A stretch of 64,000 bases of DNA from Bacteroidales bacterium (GCA_035343375.1 DAOQYW010000006.1:14230-78229), one strand, 5' to 3'. Positions 19,822-29,970 are shown, counted from the stretch's first letter. Translations and numbers: made by a program. The notes: a model not told the origin generated them from the letters alone.

Positions 19822-20712
19822 ATGAATTTAATTAATAAAACATTCACTACTTTAGTTCTTTTAATAATTTGTTTAAATTCTTTTTCGCAAAAAATTAAAA
19901 ATGTTGCATTTAAACAAGTGGGCAATTCAATAGTCGTTAATTATGAAATTAATTTGCCGGAGTTGCGTATTGCTTATGTTGATTTGTATGTAAGTCTTGA
20001 TGGTGGCAGGAGTTATAATGGGCCTCTTAAACAGGTTACAGGAGATATTTCTGAAATTTGTACAAGTGGTAAAAAGTCTATTACATGGCATGTTTTTGAT
20101 GAATATGAAAAACTCAATGGTCATGTGAGTTTTGAGGTAAGAGCAAAACTTAAGTGTTTGCCTTTTGAAATGGAAAGTTTTGCAGAATATAATATTTCTG
20201 GGACTTCAACTATTGGGTTAACTTATGGTGAGGTAAAAAATATTGGCTGGTATGGAAGAGTGAAGACCAATGGTGGTTTTACTATTGCTGATTATAAGGC
20301 TGACGACACTAGAATACTAGACTACACGGGAGAAGGATATTATACTTTTACTAATGAAGTTAAACACAATCGTTTTGGGATTACAGGTGGTCTTGTTTAC
20401 AGAGTAAAACCAGTATTTTATCTATATGCAGGAGCTGGATTCGGTTCAAGGGCATTATACTGGAATGCCAAGGAGTATTCGATTTTAAATTCAGAGGAAA
20501 TTGGCGATATTTGGGCAAAAAATGTCAATAACTCTTTTTTAGGAGGAGAAATTGAACTTGGTATGATGTTTAGAATCAAAAGGTTTAATATTTCATTTGG
20601 TATAAATTCAATCAATTTTAAATTTTATGAAGCTAATGCCGGTATTGGGTTTTTCTTCGATAGAGGTAAATTATTTGGGGAACCGAAATCTATATTGAAT
20701 AACAATGATTAA
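19822..20712 (+). CDS. Hypothetical secreted protein: Ig-like N-domain plus putative beta-barrel C-half
   Basis: Signal peptide (LIICLNSFSQ). The Gly/aromatic-rich C-terminal half shows alternating-strand patterning (GITGGLVYRV, YLYAGAGFG, GGEIELGMMFRI, ANAGIGFFF). Lies 22 nt after the caspase gene. Confidence 0.5.
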   Translation: MNLINKTFTTLVLLIICLNSFSQKIKNVAFKQVGNSIVVNYEINLPELRIAYVDLYVSLDGGRSYNGPLKQVTGDISEICTSGKKSITWHVFDEYEKLNGHVSFEVRAKLKCLPFEMESFAEYNISGTSTIGLTYGEVKNIGWYGRVKTNGGFTIADYKADDTRILDYTGEGYYTFTNEVKHNRFGITGGLVYRVKPVFYLYAGAGFGSRALYWNAKEYSILNSEEIGDIWAKNVNNSFLGGEIELGMMFRIKRFNISFGINSINFKFYEANAGIGFFFDRGKLFGEPKSILNNND

Positions 20713-20743
20713 TAATGATTTTACTAAAAATACAAAGATAAAA

Positions 20744-22027
20744 ATGAAAACAAATACCAAGTTTTGGATTATTTTTAGCATAATTGGGATTTTTATTAGT
20801 GTCGTTGCATGTAATAAGTTAGATCCTGAAATACCAAAAGACAGTTCTAATAAACTATTAGTAAGCACGGATATTGTGAGCAATGTTGGTTTTTATCAGG
20901 CCTCAGTTTTTGGTAGTGTGGATATTGGTGATCTTACATCTGTGAATAATTATGGTTTTGTTTGGAGTAGAGAAGAAAATCCTGATCTTAATAATTTTTC
21001 AGGTAAATCAACATTAAATTATAATTTAAATAGTTTTTCTACTACAATATTCGGCTTATCTGAAAATACAACCTACTACGTAAGAGCTTTTGCAACAAGT
21101 TCAGAAAAAACTGTTTATGGGCAACAATTGGTTTTTACAACAGTCGCCTCACCTAGATTAACAACAACGGATGCCTCTCTGGTAACGGCTACAACAGCTA
21201 TTAGTGGAGGGAATATACAATCTGATGGTGGATTTGCAATTACTTTCAGAGGAGTTTGTTGGAGTACTTCCCAGAACCCCACTATTACAAACTCTCACAC
21301 AAGCGATGGAAGTGGAATAGGCAGTTATACAAGTAATATTACTGGTTTAAGTCAAGCTACAACTTATTTTGTTAGAGCATATGCTACTAATTCATTAGGA
21401 ACAAATTATGGCAATCAGGTTAGTTTTACAACTGAAGAAATGACTAGTTTTATAGATGCGAGAGATGGTACTGAATATTCTACAGTACAAATAGGTAATC
21501 AAATATGGATGGCTGAGAATCTTAAATATTTACCTTATGTAAGTCCTCCTACCAATGGCAGTACAACTGCAAAGTATTATTATGTATATAATTACAATGG
21601 TACGACAGTTAGTGTTGCAAAAGCTCAAAATAATTATAAAATTTATGGTGTACTTTACAATTGGGCTGCAGCTCAGACAGCTTGTCCAACAGGCTGGCAT
21701 TTGCCAAGTGATACAGAATGGACAGAATTAACCAACTATCTAGGTGGTGAGAGCGTAGCTGGAGGAAAGTTAAAAGAAATAGGGACAGAACATTGGAGTA
21801 GTCCCAATACCGGTGCAACTAACGAATTTGGTTTTTCTGCTCTGCCTGGTGGCAATCGATCTATTAATGGCACATTCTTAAACATAGAGAATTATGGTTT
21901 TTATTGGAGTTCAACTCTGGCTTCAAACAACGCATACCGTCGTGGTATGTTTTATGCTAGCAGTAGTGTTACATCCTCAGCGAATACCAAGGATCTTGGA
22001 TTTTCTGTACGCTGCGTAAAAAATTAG
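20744..22027 (+). CDS. Lipoprotein with two N-terminal repeat domains and a Fibrobacter succinogenes major paralogous (FISUMP) domain
   Basis: Lipobox SVVAC. Two ~90-aa repeats end in TYYVRAFAT...VFTT and TYFVRAYAT...SFTT. C-terminal motifs are GWHLPSDTEWTEL, GGKLKE, FGFSALPGG, FYWSST and FSVRCV. Confidence 0.75.
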   Translation: MKTNTKFWIIFSIIGIFISVVACNKLDPEIPKDSSNKLLVSTDIVSNVGFYQASVFGSVDIGDLTSVNNYGFVWSREENPDLNNFSGKSTLNYNLNSFSTTIFGLSENTTYYVRAFATSSEKTVYGQQLVFTTVASPRLTTTDASLVTATTAISGGNIQSDGGFAITFRGVCWSTSQNPTITNSHTSDGSGIGSYTSNITGLSQATTYFVRAYATNSLGTNYGNQVSFTTEEMTSFIDARDGTEYSTVQIGNQIWMAENLKYLPYVSPPTNGSTTAKYYYVYNYNGTTVSVAKAQNNYKIYGVLYNWAAAQTACPTGWHLPSDTEWTELTNYLGGESVAGGKLKEIGTEHWSSPNTGATNEFGFSALPGGNRSINGTFLNIENYGFYWSSTLASNNAYRRGMFYASSSVTSSANTKDLGFSVRCVKN

Positions 22028-22100
22028 CTGATTTGGTGTTAGAGATTTATTACTAAACATATAAATTTTTGATGAGCATTAATACTATCTTTTAAAAATA

Positions 22101-22712
22101 ATGAAAATTATCTGCATTGGTCACAATTACAAAAAGCATATTGAGGAGTTAAATTCTCCATATCCCGAAAAACCTGTTTTTTTTCTAAAACCTGATTCAA
22201 GTTTACTTAAAAACAATAAGAATTTCTATTTGCCGAATTTTTCAACTGATTTACAATATGAGCTTGAGGTAGTATTGCACATAAATCGCCTTGGGAAACA
22301 TATTGATAGAAAATTTGCTTCAAGATATTATGACGCTATTGGACTGGGTATAGACTTTACTGCTCGTGATTTACAAAGAAAATGTAAAGAAAAAGGACTA
22401 CCATGGGAAATTGCAAAGTCATTTGATGGATCAGCGGTTATCTCAGAGTTTATTTCTGCGGAAGAATTCGCGGATAGAAATAATTTGAATTTTATTTTAT
22501 ATAAAAACGGAAATGAGGTTCAAAATGGAAACACAAATGATATGATATTTTCCTTTGATATTATAATTGAATATGTTTCTCAGTTTATGACTTTAAAAAC
22601 CGGTGATTTAATTTATACAGGAACTCCTTCGGGTGTAGGAAAAGTTGACATTGGAGACAATCTGATAGGGGTGCTCGATGGTCATGAATTAATCAATATG
22701 AAAATAAAATAA
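22101..22712 (+). CDS. Fumarylacetoacetate hydrolase (FAH) family protein
   Basis: MKIICIGHNY start, YELEVV, GLGIDFTARD and DLIYTGTPSGVG blocks, typical of short FAH-family hydratases/isomerases. Confidence 0.85.
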   Translation: MKIICIGHNYKKHIEELNSPYPEKPVFFLKPDSSLLKNNKNFYLPNFSTDLQYELEVVLHINRLGKHIDRKFASRYYDAIGLGIDFTARDLQRKCKEKGLPWEIAKSFDGSAVISEFISAEEFADRNNLNFILYKNGNEVQNGNTNDMIFSFDIIIEYVSQFMTLKTGDLIYTGTPSGVGKVDIGDNLIGVLDGHELINMKIK

Positions 22713-22809
22713 AAATATTTGAAAATATTTGAAATATATTAAAATAGAATTATTATTTTTGGTAGGACTTACAAGTTATATATAACATCATTTAAATTCT
22801 TACATAAAC

Positions 22810-23817
22810 ATGGATATAATCAGTAAAATTAAAGAAAGTGCAAAAAAGCACAACATGAGAATTGTTCTACCCGAAGGAACTGAAATAAGGACACTAAAAG
22901 CAGCAGATCAAATTATTTCTGAAGGCTTAGCCCAGATAATATTAATTGGCAATCCGTCATCAATTATGGCTCTAGCAAAGGAAAATAACTTAAACAATGT
23001 TGGCAATGCGAAAATAGTAAATCCTGAGAGTTTCGACAAAATGGATAAGTACATTGATATGCTTGTTGAAATTCGTAAATCAAAGGGGATGAGCAGGGAA
23101 GAAGCGGCGAAATTATTGATGGATCCACTTTATTTGGCGGTAATGATGATTAAGGCAGGAGATGCTGATGGAGAGGTAGCCGGAGCAGATAATGCAACAG
23201 GTGATGTCTTGAGACCTGCTTTTCAGATTGTGAAAACTTTACCTGGTATAAGTGTAGTGTCCGGAGCATTCTTTATGATATTAAATGACAAACAGTTTGG
23301 TGAAGACGGAATAATTGTTTTTGCTGATTGTGCAGTTCATCCAAATCCCACAGCCCGTGAACTCGCTGAGATTGCCGTTGCTTCCGGTCATACAACTCGT
23401 GCTATTGCAGGATTCGAACCCAAAATTGCAATGTTAAGTTTCTCGACTAAGGGTAGTGCAAAGCACGAAATGGTTGATAAAGTCGTTCAGGCTACTATGA
23501 TGGCAAAAGAAATGGCTCCTGATATGATGATTGAAGGAGAATTACAAAGTGATGCAGCAATAATTCCTGAAATTGGCCAAAAGAAAGCTCCGGGAAGTAA
23601 AATTGCAGGGCATGCAAATGTTTTGATATTTCCAACTCTGGAGACCGGAAATATTGCATATAAGCTCGTTCAGAGAATGGCTCATGCAGAAGCAATCGGA
23701 CCGGTTTTGCAGGGCATGGCTGCTCCAATTAATGATTTATCAAGAGGATGTTCGGTTAGCGATATTGTAAATCTTGTTGCTATTACAGCCAATCAAGCAG
23801 CAGGAATGAAAAAGTAA
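22810..23817 (+). CDS. pta: Phosphate acetyltransferase
   Basis: About 335-aa PTA_PTB fold with the blocks RIVLPEG, FADCAVHPNP and GPVLQGMAAPINDLSRGCS. Lies directly upstream of ackA. Confidence 0.9.
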   Translation: MDIISKIKESAKKHNMRIVLPEGTEIRTLKAADQIISEGLAQIILIGNPSSIMALAKENNLNNVGNAKIVNPESFDKMDKYIDMLVEIRKSKGMSREEAAKLLMDPLYLAVMMIKAGDADGEVAGADNATGDVLRPAFQIVKTLPGISVVSGAFFMILNDKQFGEDGIIVFADCAVHPNPTARELAEIAVASGHTTRAIAGFEPKIAMLSFSTKGSAKHEMVDKVVQATMMAKEMAPDMMIEGELQSDAAIIPEIGQKKAPGSKIAGHANVLIFPTLETGNIAYKLVQRMAHAEAIGPVLQGMAAPINDLSRGCSVSDIVNLVAITANQAAGMKK

Positions 23818-23848
23818 TTTAATTATATAATTTAATAAAACAGATAAA

Positions 23849-25054
23849 ATGAATGTATTAGTTCTGAATTGTGGAAGTTCTTCGATCAAGTACCAACTTC
23901 TTGACATGAGTGATAATCCTGAAGTTAAAGCTAAGGGAATTGTTGAAAGAATCGGTTTGCCAATGGGTATATTATCTCACAAAAACTATAGAGATGAAAA
24001 ATATGAAACGGAAACACCTGTACCCAATCACACTGTAGGTATTAAACTGGTAATGGAAGCTCTGTTGGATAAAAATCATGGCGTTATTAATTCTGTTGAT
24101 GAAATTAAAGCTGTTGGGCATAGAGTCGCTCATGGAGGCGAATATTTTACCGAAAGTGCAAGATTAGATGCAGATGCAATAGCAAAAATAGAGTCAATTT
24201 GTGATTTGGCTCCTCTTCATAATCCTGCTCACTTGTTAGGAATGAGAGCAATTCTTGATGTTTTGCCAAATGTACCTCAAACTGCTGTTTTTGATACTTC
24301 TTTCCATCAGACTATGCCACCAAGTTCATATATGTATCCTTTACCTTATAAAATGTACGAACAATACAAACTTCGTCGTTATGGTTTTCATGGTACCAGT
24401 CATAAATTTGTTGCCGAAAAGGCTTGTGATATATTAAATTGGAATATTGAGGAAAAGAAAATCATTACCTGCCATCTTGGAAACGGAGCGTCAATTACTG
24501 CTATTAAATACGGAAAATCTGTTGATACATCTATGGGATTTACACCTGTTGAAGGTCTTATGATGGGAACCAGAACCGGTGATCTTGACCTTGGTGCTCT
24601 TTTATTTATTATGGAAAAAGAAAAATTAAGTGTATCAGAAGCTAATTCATTCATTAACAAAAAGTGCGGTTCAAATGGTTTCTCTGAGTTGTCATCAGAT
24701 ATGAGGGATCTTGAAGCAGCATCAAATGAAGGAAATGAAAGAGCTAAATTAACTCTTGATATGTATGCTCATAGAGTTAAAAAATATATCGGCGCTTATG
24801 CAGCTGTTATGAATGGGGTTGATTTAATTATTATGACCGGCGGAATTGGTGAAAATTCTTGTCATACACGTAAATTAGTTTTCAACGACATGGATTATTT
24901 AGGGATAAAATTCAATTTTGAAAAGAATGAAGGTTTAAGAGCTAAAGATGAGTTGATAACTTATGAGGATTCGAAAGCTAAAGTTATGACTATTACAACT
25001 AATGAAGAATTGGTTATTGCAATGGACACAAAACGAATTGTTTTTGGATCATAA
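23849..25054 (+). CDS. ackA: Acetate kinase
   Basis: MNVLVLNCGSSSIKYQL start, plus GHRVAHGG, YGFHGTSH and FTGGIGENS-like (MTGGIGENS) blocks. Confidence 0.93.
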   Translation: MNVLVLNCGSSSIKYQLLDMSDNPEVKAKGIVERIGLPMGILSHKNYRDEKYETETPVPNHTVGIKLVMEALLDKNHGVINSVDEIKAVGHRVAHGGEYFTESARLDADAIAKIESICDLAPLHNPAHLLGMRAILDVLPNVPQTAVFDTSFHQTMPPSSYMYPLPYKMYEQYKLRRYGFHGTSHKFVAEKACDILNWNIEEKKIITCHLGNGASITAIKYGKSVDTSMGFTPVEGLMMGTRTGDLDLGALLFIMEKEKLSVSEANSFINKKCGSNGFSELSSDMRDLEAASNEGNERAKLTLDMYAHRVKKYIGAYAAVMNGVDLIIMTGGIGENSCHTRKLVFNDMDYLGIKFNFEKNEGLRAKDELITYEDSKAKVMTITTNEELVIAMDTKRIVFGS

Positions 25055-25073
25055 AGATTTGTTGTTTTAATTT

Positions 25074-25101
25074 GAAGCACTGTAAATTCAGTGCTTTTTT
25101 T
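25074..25101 (+). terminator. Rho-independent terminator after ackA
   Basis: Stem aagcactg/cagtgctt (25075-25082 / 25089-25096) with a 6-nt loop, followed by a T tract. Confidence 0.6.
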
Positions 25102-25210
25102 GTTTTTTTATTGCTTGAATTTTTGAATATTTTTTCAAAAAATCTTTACATTTCTTTTGAATTTATACATTTTGTATTACTTTAGCGTTGCTATTTAAAA
25201 AATTGTAACA

Positions 25211-26116
25211 ATGAATATTACAAAAATGGATGATATCATCCAGGCAGTAAAATCAAAACCTAAAAAACGTCTTGCTGTTGCATTTGCTAATGATGCTCAT
25301 ACTATTGAAGCCGTAAGTAATGCAATTGATTTAGGTATCGTTGATGGTATTTTGGTAGGTGATAAGAAAATCATTCAAGAGGTTTGTGCACATGAGAAGA
25401 TAGATGTAAATAAATTTACAATCGTTCAGGAAGCAGATGAAATGAAGGCTGCCAATCGAGCAGTTAAGCTTATAAATGACGGTGAGGCAGATTTCCTTAT
25501 GAAAGGGCTTGTGAGTACCGATAAATATATGCGGGCAATACTCAATAAAGAAACAGGATTATTGCCACCTAAAGCAATTTTGAGTCATGTTGTTGTGATG
25601 GGAGTGAGTACTTATCCTAAATTACTAATCGTTACAGATGTAGCAGTAATACCCACGCCGGATTTGTCGCAAAAAATTGCAATGACCAATTATGTTATCA
25701 ATGTTGCAAAAGCAATGGGTATTGAAAAACCAAAAGTAGCATTGGTTGCAGCTACCGAACAGGTTTCGGCAGGAATGCAAGCTTGTATTGATGCAGCCAT
25801 AATCAGTAAAATGGCTGAAAGAGGTCAGATTAACGGTGCACTTGTAGATGGACCATTGGCTTTGGATGTTGCAATTGATAAAGAATGTGTGGAGATTAAA
25901 AAACTGAAAAGTGTCGTAAACGGTGAAGCAGATTGTTTAGTTTTTCCAAATATTGAATCTGCAAACGTCTTTTATAAAACAGCATCAAAGCTTATTAATG
26001 CAGATATTGGAGCTATGCTCGTTGGTGCTAAATGCCCGGCAGTTTTGTCTTCGAGGGGTGATTCTGCAATGACAAAAACATATTCAATTGCTTTGGCTGC
26101 ATTAACTTCAAAATAA
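25211..26116 (+). CDS. ptb: Phosphate butyryltransferase
   Basis: About 300-aa PTA_PTB fold lacking the Pta N-terminal region. Lies immediately upstream of butyrate kinase (8-nt gap). Confidence 0.85.
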   Translation: MNITKMDDIIQAVKSKPKKRLAVAFANDAHTIEAVSNAIDLGIVDGILVGDKKIIQEVCAHEKIDVNKFTIVQEADEMKAANRAVKLINDGEADFLMKGLVSTDKYMRAILNKETGLLPPKAILSHVVVMGVSTYPKLLIVTDVAVIPTPDLSQKIAMTNYVINVAKAMGIEKPKVALVAATEQVSAGMQACIDAAIISKMAERGQINGALVDGPLALDVAIDKECVEIKKLKSVVNGEADCLVFPNIESANVFYKTASKLINADIGAMLVGAKCPAVLSSRGDSAMTKTYSIALAALTSK

Positions 26117-26124
26117 ATTAAAAA

Positions 26125-27216
26125 ATGAAAATTTACAAAATTTTAGCAATAAATCCGGGTTCTACCTCAACAAAAATTGCTGTTTACGAAAATGAAAAGA
26201 ATGTTTTTTTAAGAAATATTAAACATTCAGTAGAAGACCTTAAACCTTATAGTTGTATTTCTGAACAATATGAATTTAGAAGAGATACCATTCTAAGAGA
26301 ATTAAAAGAGGTTGATATAGACATTAATTCAATAGATATTATCATTGGTCGTGGGGGATTGACTAAACCAATTCCTTCAGGGGTATATGAAGTAAATGAA
26401 CAAATGAAGCATGATATGATTAATTCTCCTTTCGGAGATCATGCTAGTACTTTGGGAGGATTAATTGCGGACGAAATTGCAAAGGGTTTGAATAATGTTA
26501 AAGCCTATATTGCCGATCCTGTTGTAGTTGATGAAATGGAAGATATTGCCAGAGTAGCAGGACATCCTCTTTTTGAAAGAGTTTCGATTTTGCATGCCTT
26601 AAATCAGAAAGCCACTGCGAGAAAATATGCTAAAGAGATAATTACCAGATACGAAGACTTGAATCTGATTGTTGTACATCTGGGTGGAGGTATTTCAATT
26701 GGAGCACATTACAAGGGAAGAATTATTGATGTAAACAATGCATTGAACGGTGAAGGGCCATTTTCTCCTGAACGTTCAGGGACATTGCCAACAGAACAAC
26801 TTGCCAGACTTTGCTTTAGTGGAAAATACACTCTTGCCGAAGTTAAACAAATGATAAAAGGCAAAGGCGGAATGTTAGCTTATTTGGGAACAAATGATGC
26901 ATTTGAAGTTGAAATGAGAGCAAAAAACGGAGATACTAAAGCTCAGTTTTTTTCTGATGCAATGGCTTATCAGATTGCAAAAGAAATTGGGGCTGCTGCT
27001 GCTGTTTTAAAAGGTAAGGTTGATGCAATTATACTTACTGGTGGAATTGCTTATAATAAGCAGTTCTGTTCATTTATTGATGATATGACGTCTTTTATTG
27101 CTCCAATGAAAATTTATCCGGGTGAAGATGAAATGTTTGCCTTGGCAAATAATGGACTGATGGTTCTTACCGGAGAACTTGAACCAAAAATATATGGAGG
27201 TAAAGATTCAAATTAG
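26125..27216 (+). CDS. buk: Butyrate kinase
   Basis: ILAINPGSTSTKIAVYE start and the HLGGGIS and LTGGIAYN blocks of the acetate/butyrate kinase (ASKHA) family. Length about 360 aa. Confidence 0.9.
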   Translation: MKIYKILAINPGSTSTKIAVYENEKNVFLRNIKHSVEDLKPYSCISEQYEFRRDTILRELKEVDIDINSIDIIIGRGGLTKPIPSGVYEVNEQMKHDMINSPFGDHASTLGGLIADEIAKGLNNVKAYIADPVVVDEMEDIARVAGHPLFERVSILHALNQKATARKYAKEIITRYEDLNLIVVHLGGGISIGAHYKGRIIDVNNALNGEGPFSPERSGTLPTEQLARLCFSGKYTLAEVKQMIKGKGGMLAYLGTNDAFEVEMRAKNGDTKAQFFSDAMAYQIAKEIGAAAAVLKGKVDAIILTGGIAYNKQFCSFIDDMTSFIAPMKIYPGEDEMFALANNGLMVLTGELEPKIYGGKDSN

Positions 27217-27273
27217 CATATCTTTTTTACAAAACTGATTGATTTAGAATTTGATTATAAAAAACACTTTAAA

Positions 27274-27648
27274 ATGAAAAAAATTATTAATACTGACAAA
27301 GCACCAAAAGCTATCGGACCTTACAGTCAGGCAACTGAAGTTAACGGAATTATATTTATTTCTGGACAAGTTCCGGTTAATCCTTTAACAGGAACAATCC
27401 CGGAGGGAATTGTTGCTCAAACTGAACAGGTAATGCAAAATATAAAAGCAATTCTTAACGAAGCAGGATTGGATTTTGAAAACGTTGTTAAATCAACTTG
27501 TTTGCTAAGTGACATGGCTAATTTTAAAGCGATGAACGAAGTCTATGGAAAATATTATAATGTTAATCCCCCGGCAAGAGCAGCTTTTGCAGTAAAAGAT
27601 CTTCCGTTAGGTGCTTTGGTAGAAATTGAATCCATTGCTGTTAGATAG
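27274..27648 (+). CDS. ridA: RidA family reactive-intermediate deaminase
   Basis: 124 aa. The APKAIGPYSQA, ISGQVP and PARAAFAV...LPLGALVEIE blocks are typical of YjgF/RidA. Confidence 0.9.
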   Translation: MKKIINTDKAPKAIGPYSQATEVNGIIFISGQVPVNPLTGTIPEGIVAQTEQVMQNIKAILNEAGLDFENVVKSTCLLSDMANFKAMNEVYGKYYNVNPPARAAFAVKDLPLGALVEIESIAVR

Positions 27649-27687
27649 CAAATTTTTGATTTTATGTCGAACTAAATTTTCGGTACT

Positions 27688-28839
27688 TTGAAAATTTTTA
27701 TTGCTGCTTTTAACGAAATAACGGAAAAGCAAATAAACAAAGCAAAAAATAGCTTTATGGCAAAGTTTAAGACTGTAAAGCCGGATGATTTTGTTTATGA
27801 AAATCCTGATATTATTTGGTTTTTGTCGGGAGGTTCTGAACATAATGCTTTGAAACAAATCGAATCACATAACAGATATTCTTTTATTGCTTCCGAAAAT
27901 GCTAATTCCTGGGCGGCGGCAACAGAGGTAAAGGCATATTTAAATAGTAAAGGCATTAATACCAGAATTTTTGACTTTGATAAACTTGAATCTCTGGAAT
28001 CTCTGGATGAGTATTTAAAACCTAAAATATTTGAAAAGGTAATAAAACTTGGGCTTGTTGGAAATGCTGCAGACTGGTTAGTAGCAAGCACTCCTGATAT
28101 AGAATTGCTTAAAGAAGTTTTAAATATTGATGTGATAAATTTTTCTGAAGATGATTTAATCAACACTAACCCTGAAAGTAGTATAAATCTTTTTGAAAGC
28201 GGTTTTGCAAATAACGAATTTGAGCATAAACAGGAAATTGCAGAATTGTATTCAAAACTAGTGACTTTTGTTGCAAATAATAATCTGGACACATTAGCAA
28301 TAGATTGTTTTTCGTTGATAAAAAAAATTGAGTTTACGCCTTGTTTGTCTTATTCTATTATAAATAGCAGCCAGTTCCCTATTGTTTGTGAGGGGGATTT
28401 ATGCTCTGCTGCTGGTATGATAGTATGCAAGAACTTAACCGGACAAATACCATGGATGGCAAATTTAATGCACATATCAAAAGATTGCGTTGAGTTTTCT
28501 CATTGCACAATACCTCTTTCTATGCTTGATCAATATGATATAAAAACACATTATGAAACCGACAAAGGAGCATCAATCGAAGGTCAGTTGACAAAGCAAA
28601 TGGTTACAGTTTTTAGAATTGATAAAAATCTTGAAAATTGTTTTTTGGCATTAGGAGAAGTGGTAAGTCATGGAGATGTTAGTCTTGCATGTAGAACTCA
28701 GGCAAAGATTAAGATGTCGTCTAAATCACTATTCATTCTGAGAGAATTTCCTTTAGGAAATCATCATCTTATCGTTCCCGGAGATTATACCGATATTTTA
28801 GCAGAGTACTTCACTAATAAGGGATTTAGAATAGTATAA
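27688..28839 (+). CDS. Uncharacterised protein, possibly L-fucose/L-arabinose isomerase-like fold
   Basis: TTG start. The central CEGD motif, the WMANL block and the C-terminal GNHHLIVPGDY resemble sugar isomerase-like families. This is a weak recollection only. Confidence 0.45.
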   Translation: MKIFIAAFNEITEKQINKAKNSFMAKFKTVKPDDFVYENPDIIWFLSGGSEHNALKQIESHNRYSFIASENANSWAAATEVKAYLNSKGINTRIFDFDKLESLESLDEYLKPKIFEKVIKLGLVGNAADWLVASTPDIELLKEVLNIDVINFSEDDLINTNPESSINLFESGFANNEFEHKQEIAELYSKLVTFVANNNLDTLAIDCFSLIKKIEFTPCLSYSIINSSQFPIVCEGDLCSAAGMIVCKNLTGQIPWMANLMHISKDCVEFSHCTIPLSMLDQYDIKTHYETDKGASIEGQLTKQMVTVFRIDKNLENCFLALGEVVSHGDVSLACRTQAKIKMSSKSLFILREFPLGNHHLIVPGDYTDILAEYFTNKGFRIV

Positions 28840-28865
28840 AAAAAGCCGCTTTTGCGGCTTTTTTT
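28838..28865. terminator. Bidirectional rho-independent terminator between convergent genes
   Basis: GC stem agccgc/gcggct (28844-28849 / 28854-28859) with a tttt loop. An A tract lies upstream and a T tract downstream. Confidence 0.7.
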
Positions 28866-28881
28866 AAATATGATATTTTTA

Positions 28882-29328
28882 TTATTCTGAAAAAACTTCA
28901 AAAGTAATATTAGCTTTTATAGATTTATACAGTTTAACGGTAGCTTCGTATGTGCCAACTTCTTTAATGCTGTCGGTTTTAATAGTTATGTTTTTACGGT
29001 CAATTTCATAACCTTCTTTTATTAATGCTTCAGCAATCATAATAGTGTTAACAGAACCGAATATTTTACCTGTAGAACTGGTTTTTGTAGGAATTTGTAA
29101 TTTCATTCCTTCAATTTTATTGGCTATAGCTTGAGCATCGCTGATAAGTTTAGTTTCTTTATGAGCTTTTTGTTTCAAATTTTCTGCATGAATTTTTTTT
29201 GCTGTAGCAGTAGCTAATATAGCCATTCCCTGAGGAATAAGATAATTTCTTGCATAACCGGGTTTAACATTAACAATGTCATCCTTATGTCCAAGTTTAT
29301 CAACGTCTTGTTTTAATATAATTTCCAT
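28882..29328 (-). CDS. rplI: 50S ribosomal protein L9
   Basis: MEIILKQDVDKLGHKDDIVNVKPGYARNYLIPQG is the canonical L9 N-terminus. Last gene of the S6-S18-L9 cluster. Confidence 0.92.
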   Translation of the reverse strand: MEIILKQDVDKLGHKDDIVNVKPGYARNYLIPQGMAILATATAKKIHAENLKQKAHKETKLISDAQAIANKIEGMKLQIPTKTSSTGKIFGSVNTIMIAEALIKEGYEIDRKNITIKTDSIKEVGTYEATVKLYKSIKANITFEVFSE

Positions 29329-29344
29329 TTCTATTCCTCCTTTA

Positions 29345-29614
29345 TTATTTCATCATATCTGTAACATAAGGTAAAAGTGCAAGATGTCTTGCTCTTTTTA
29401 TTGCCTGAGCGACCTTACGATGATATTTTAATGATGTACCTGTTATACGTCTCGGTAAAATTTTACCTTGCTCATTTAAAAATCTCTTTAAGAACTGCGC
29501 ATCTTTATAATCAACATATTTAATGCGGTTTTTTAGAAAACGACAGTATTTTTTCTTTTTTACTTCAACTGCTAGAGGAGTAAGATATCTGATTTCTGAA
29601 CTATTCTGTGCCAT
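29345..29614 (-). CDS. rpsR: 30S ribosomal protein S18
   Basis: YVDYKD...LKRFL...[10 protein letters not shown]...[19 protein letters not shown] signature. Confidence 0.93.
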   Translation of the reverse strand: MAQNSSEIRYLTPLAVEVKKKKYCRFLKNRIKYVDYKDAQFLKRFLNEQGKILPRRITGTSLKYHRKVAQAIKRARHLALLPYVTDMMK

Positions 29615-29616
29615 AA

Positions 29617-29970
29617 TTATGCCTCCTTCTCTTTAGATTCACTTTTCATTTTTCTTTTTTTCTCACTATAAGCAATCGAATGTTTGTCCATTTTAAAACT
29701 TAAAAAACGGATAATTCTTTCATCTCGTCTGTATTCAGTTTCTAGCTTGTTAATAAACTGACTGTCTGATTTGAATTCAAATAAATGATAAAATCCGGTT
29801 GACTTTTTTTGAATTGGATAAGCAAGTTTCTTTAAGCCCCAATCTTCTTCATGAATAATCTCACCTTTATTCTCAGTGATGACTTTTCTGAATTTTTCAA
29901 CCGCTTCCTTCATCTGAGCTTCAGACAAAACGGGAGTTGCAATGAAAACGGTTTCGTACTGATTAATCAT
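29617..29970 (-). CDS. rpsF: 30S ribosomal protein S6
   Basis: YETVFI...[10 protein letters not shown] signature. Lies 2 nt upstream of rpsR. Confidence 0.92.
   Translation of the reverse strand: MINQYETVFIATPVLSEAQMKEAVEKFRKVITENKGEIIHEEDWGLKKLAYPIQKKSTGFYHLFEFKSDSQFINKLETEYRRDERIIRFLSFKMDKHSIAYSEKKRKMKSESKEKEA

Noticed and set aside
27795-28292. 165-aa minus-strand ORF inside the 27688-28839 gene
   Set aside because: It is a low-complexity, Ser/Phe/Leu-rich shadow ORF typical of AT-rich DNA. It is fully nested antisense in a longer ORF that fits the co-directional operon and ends at a terminator.
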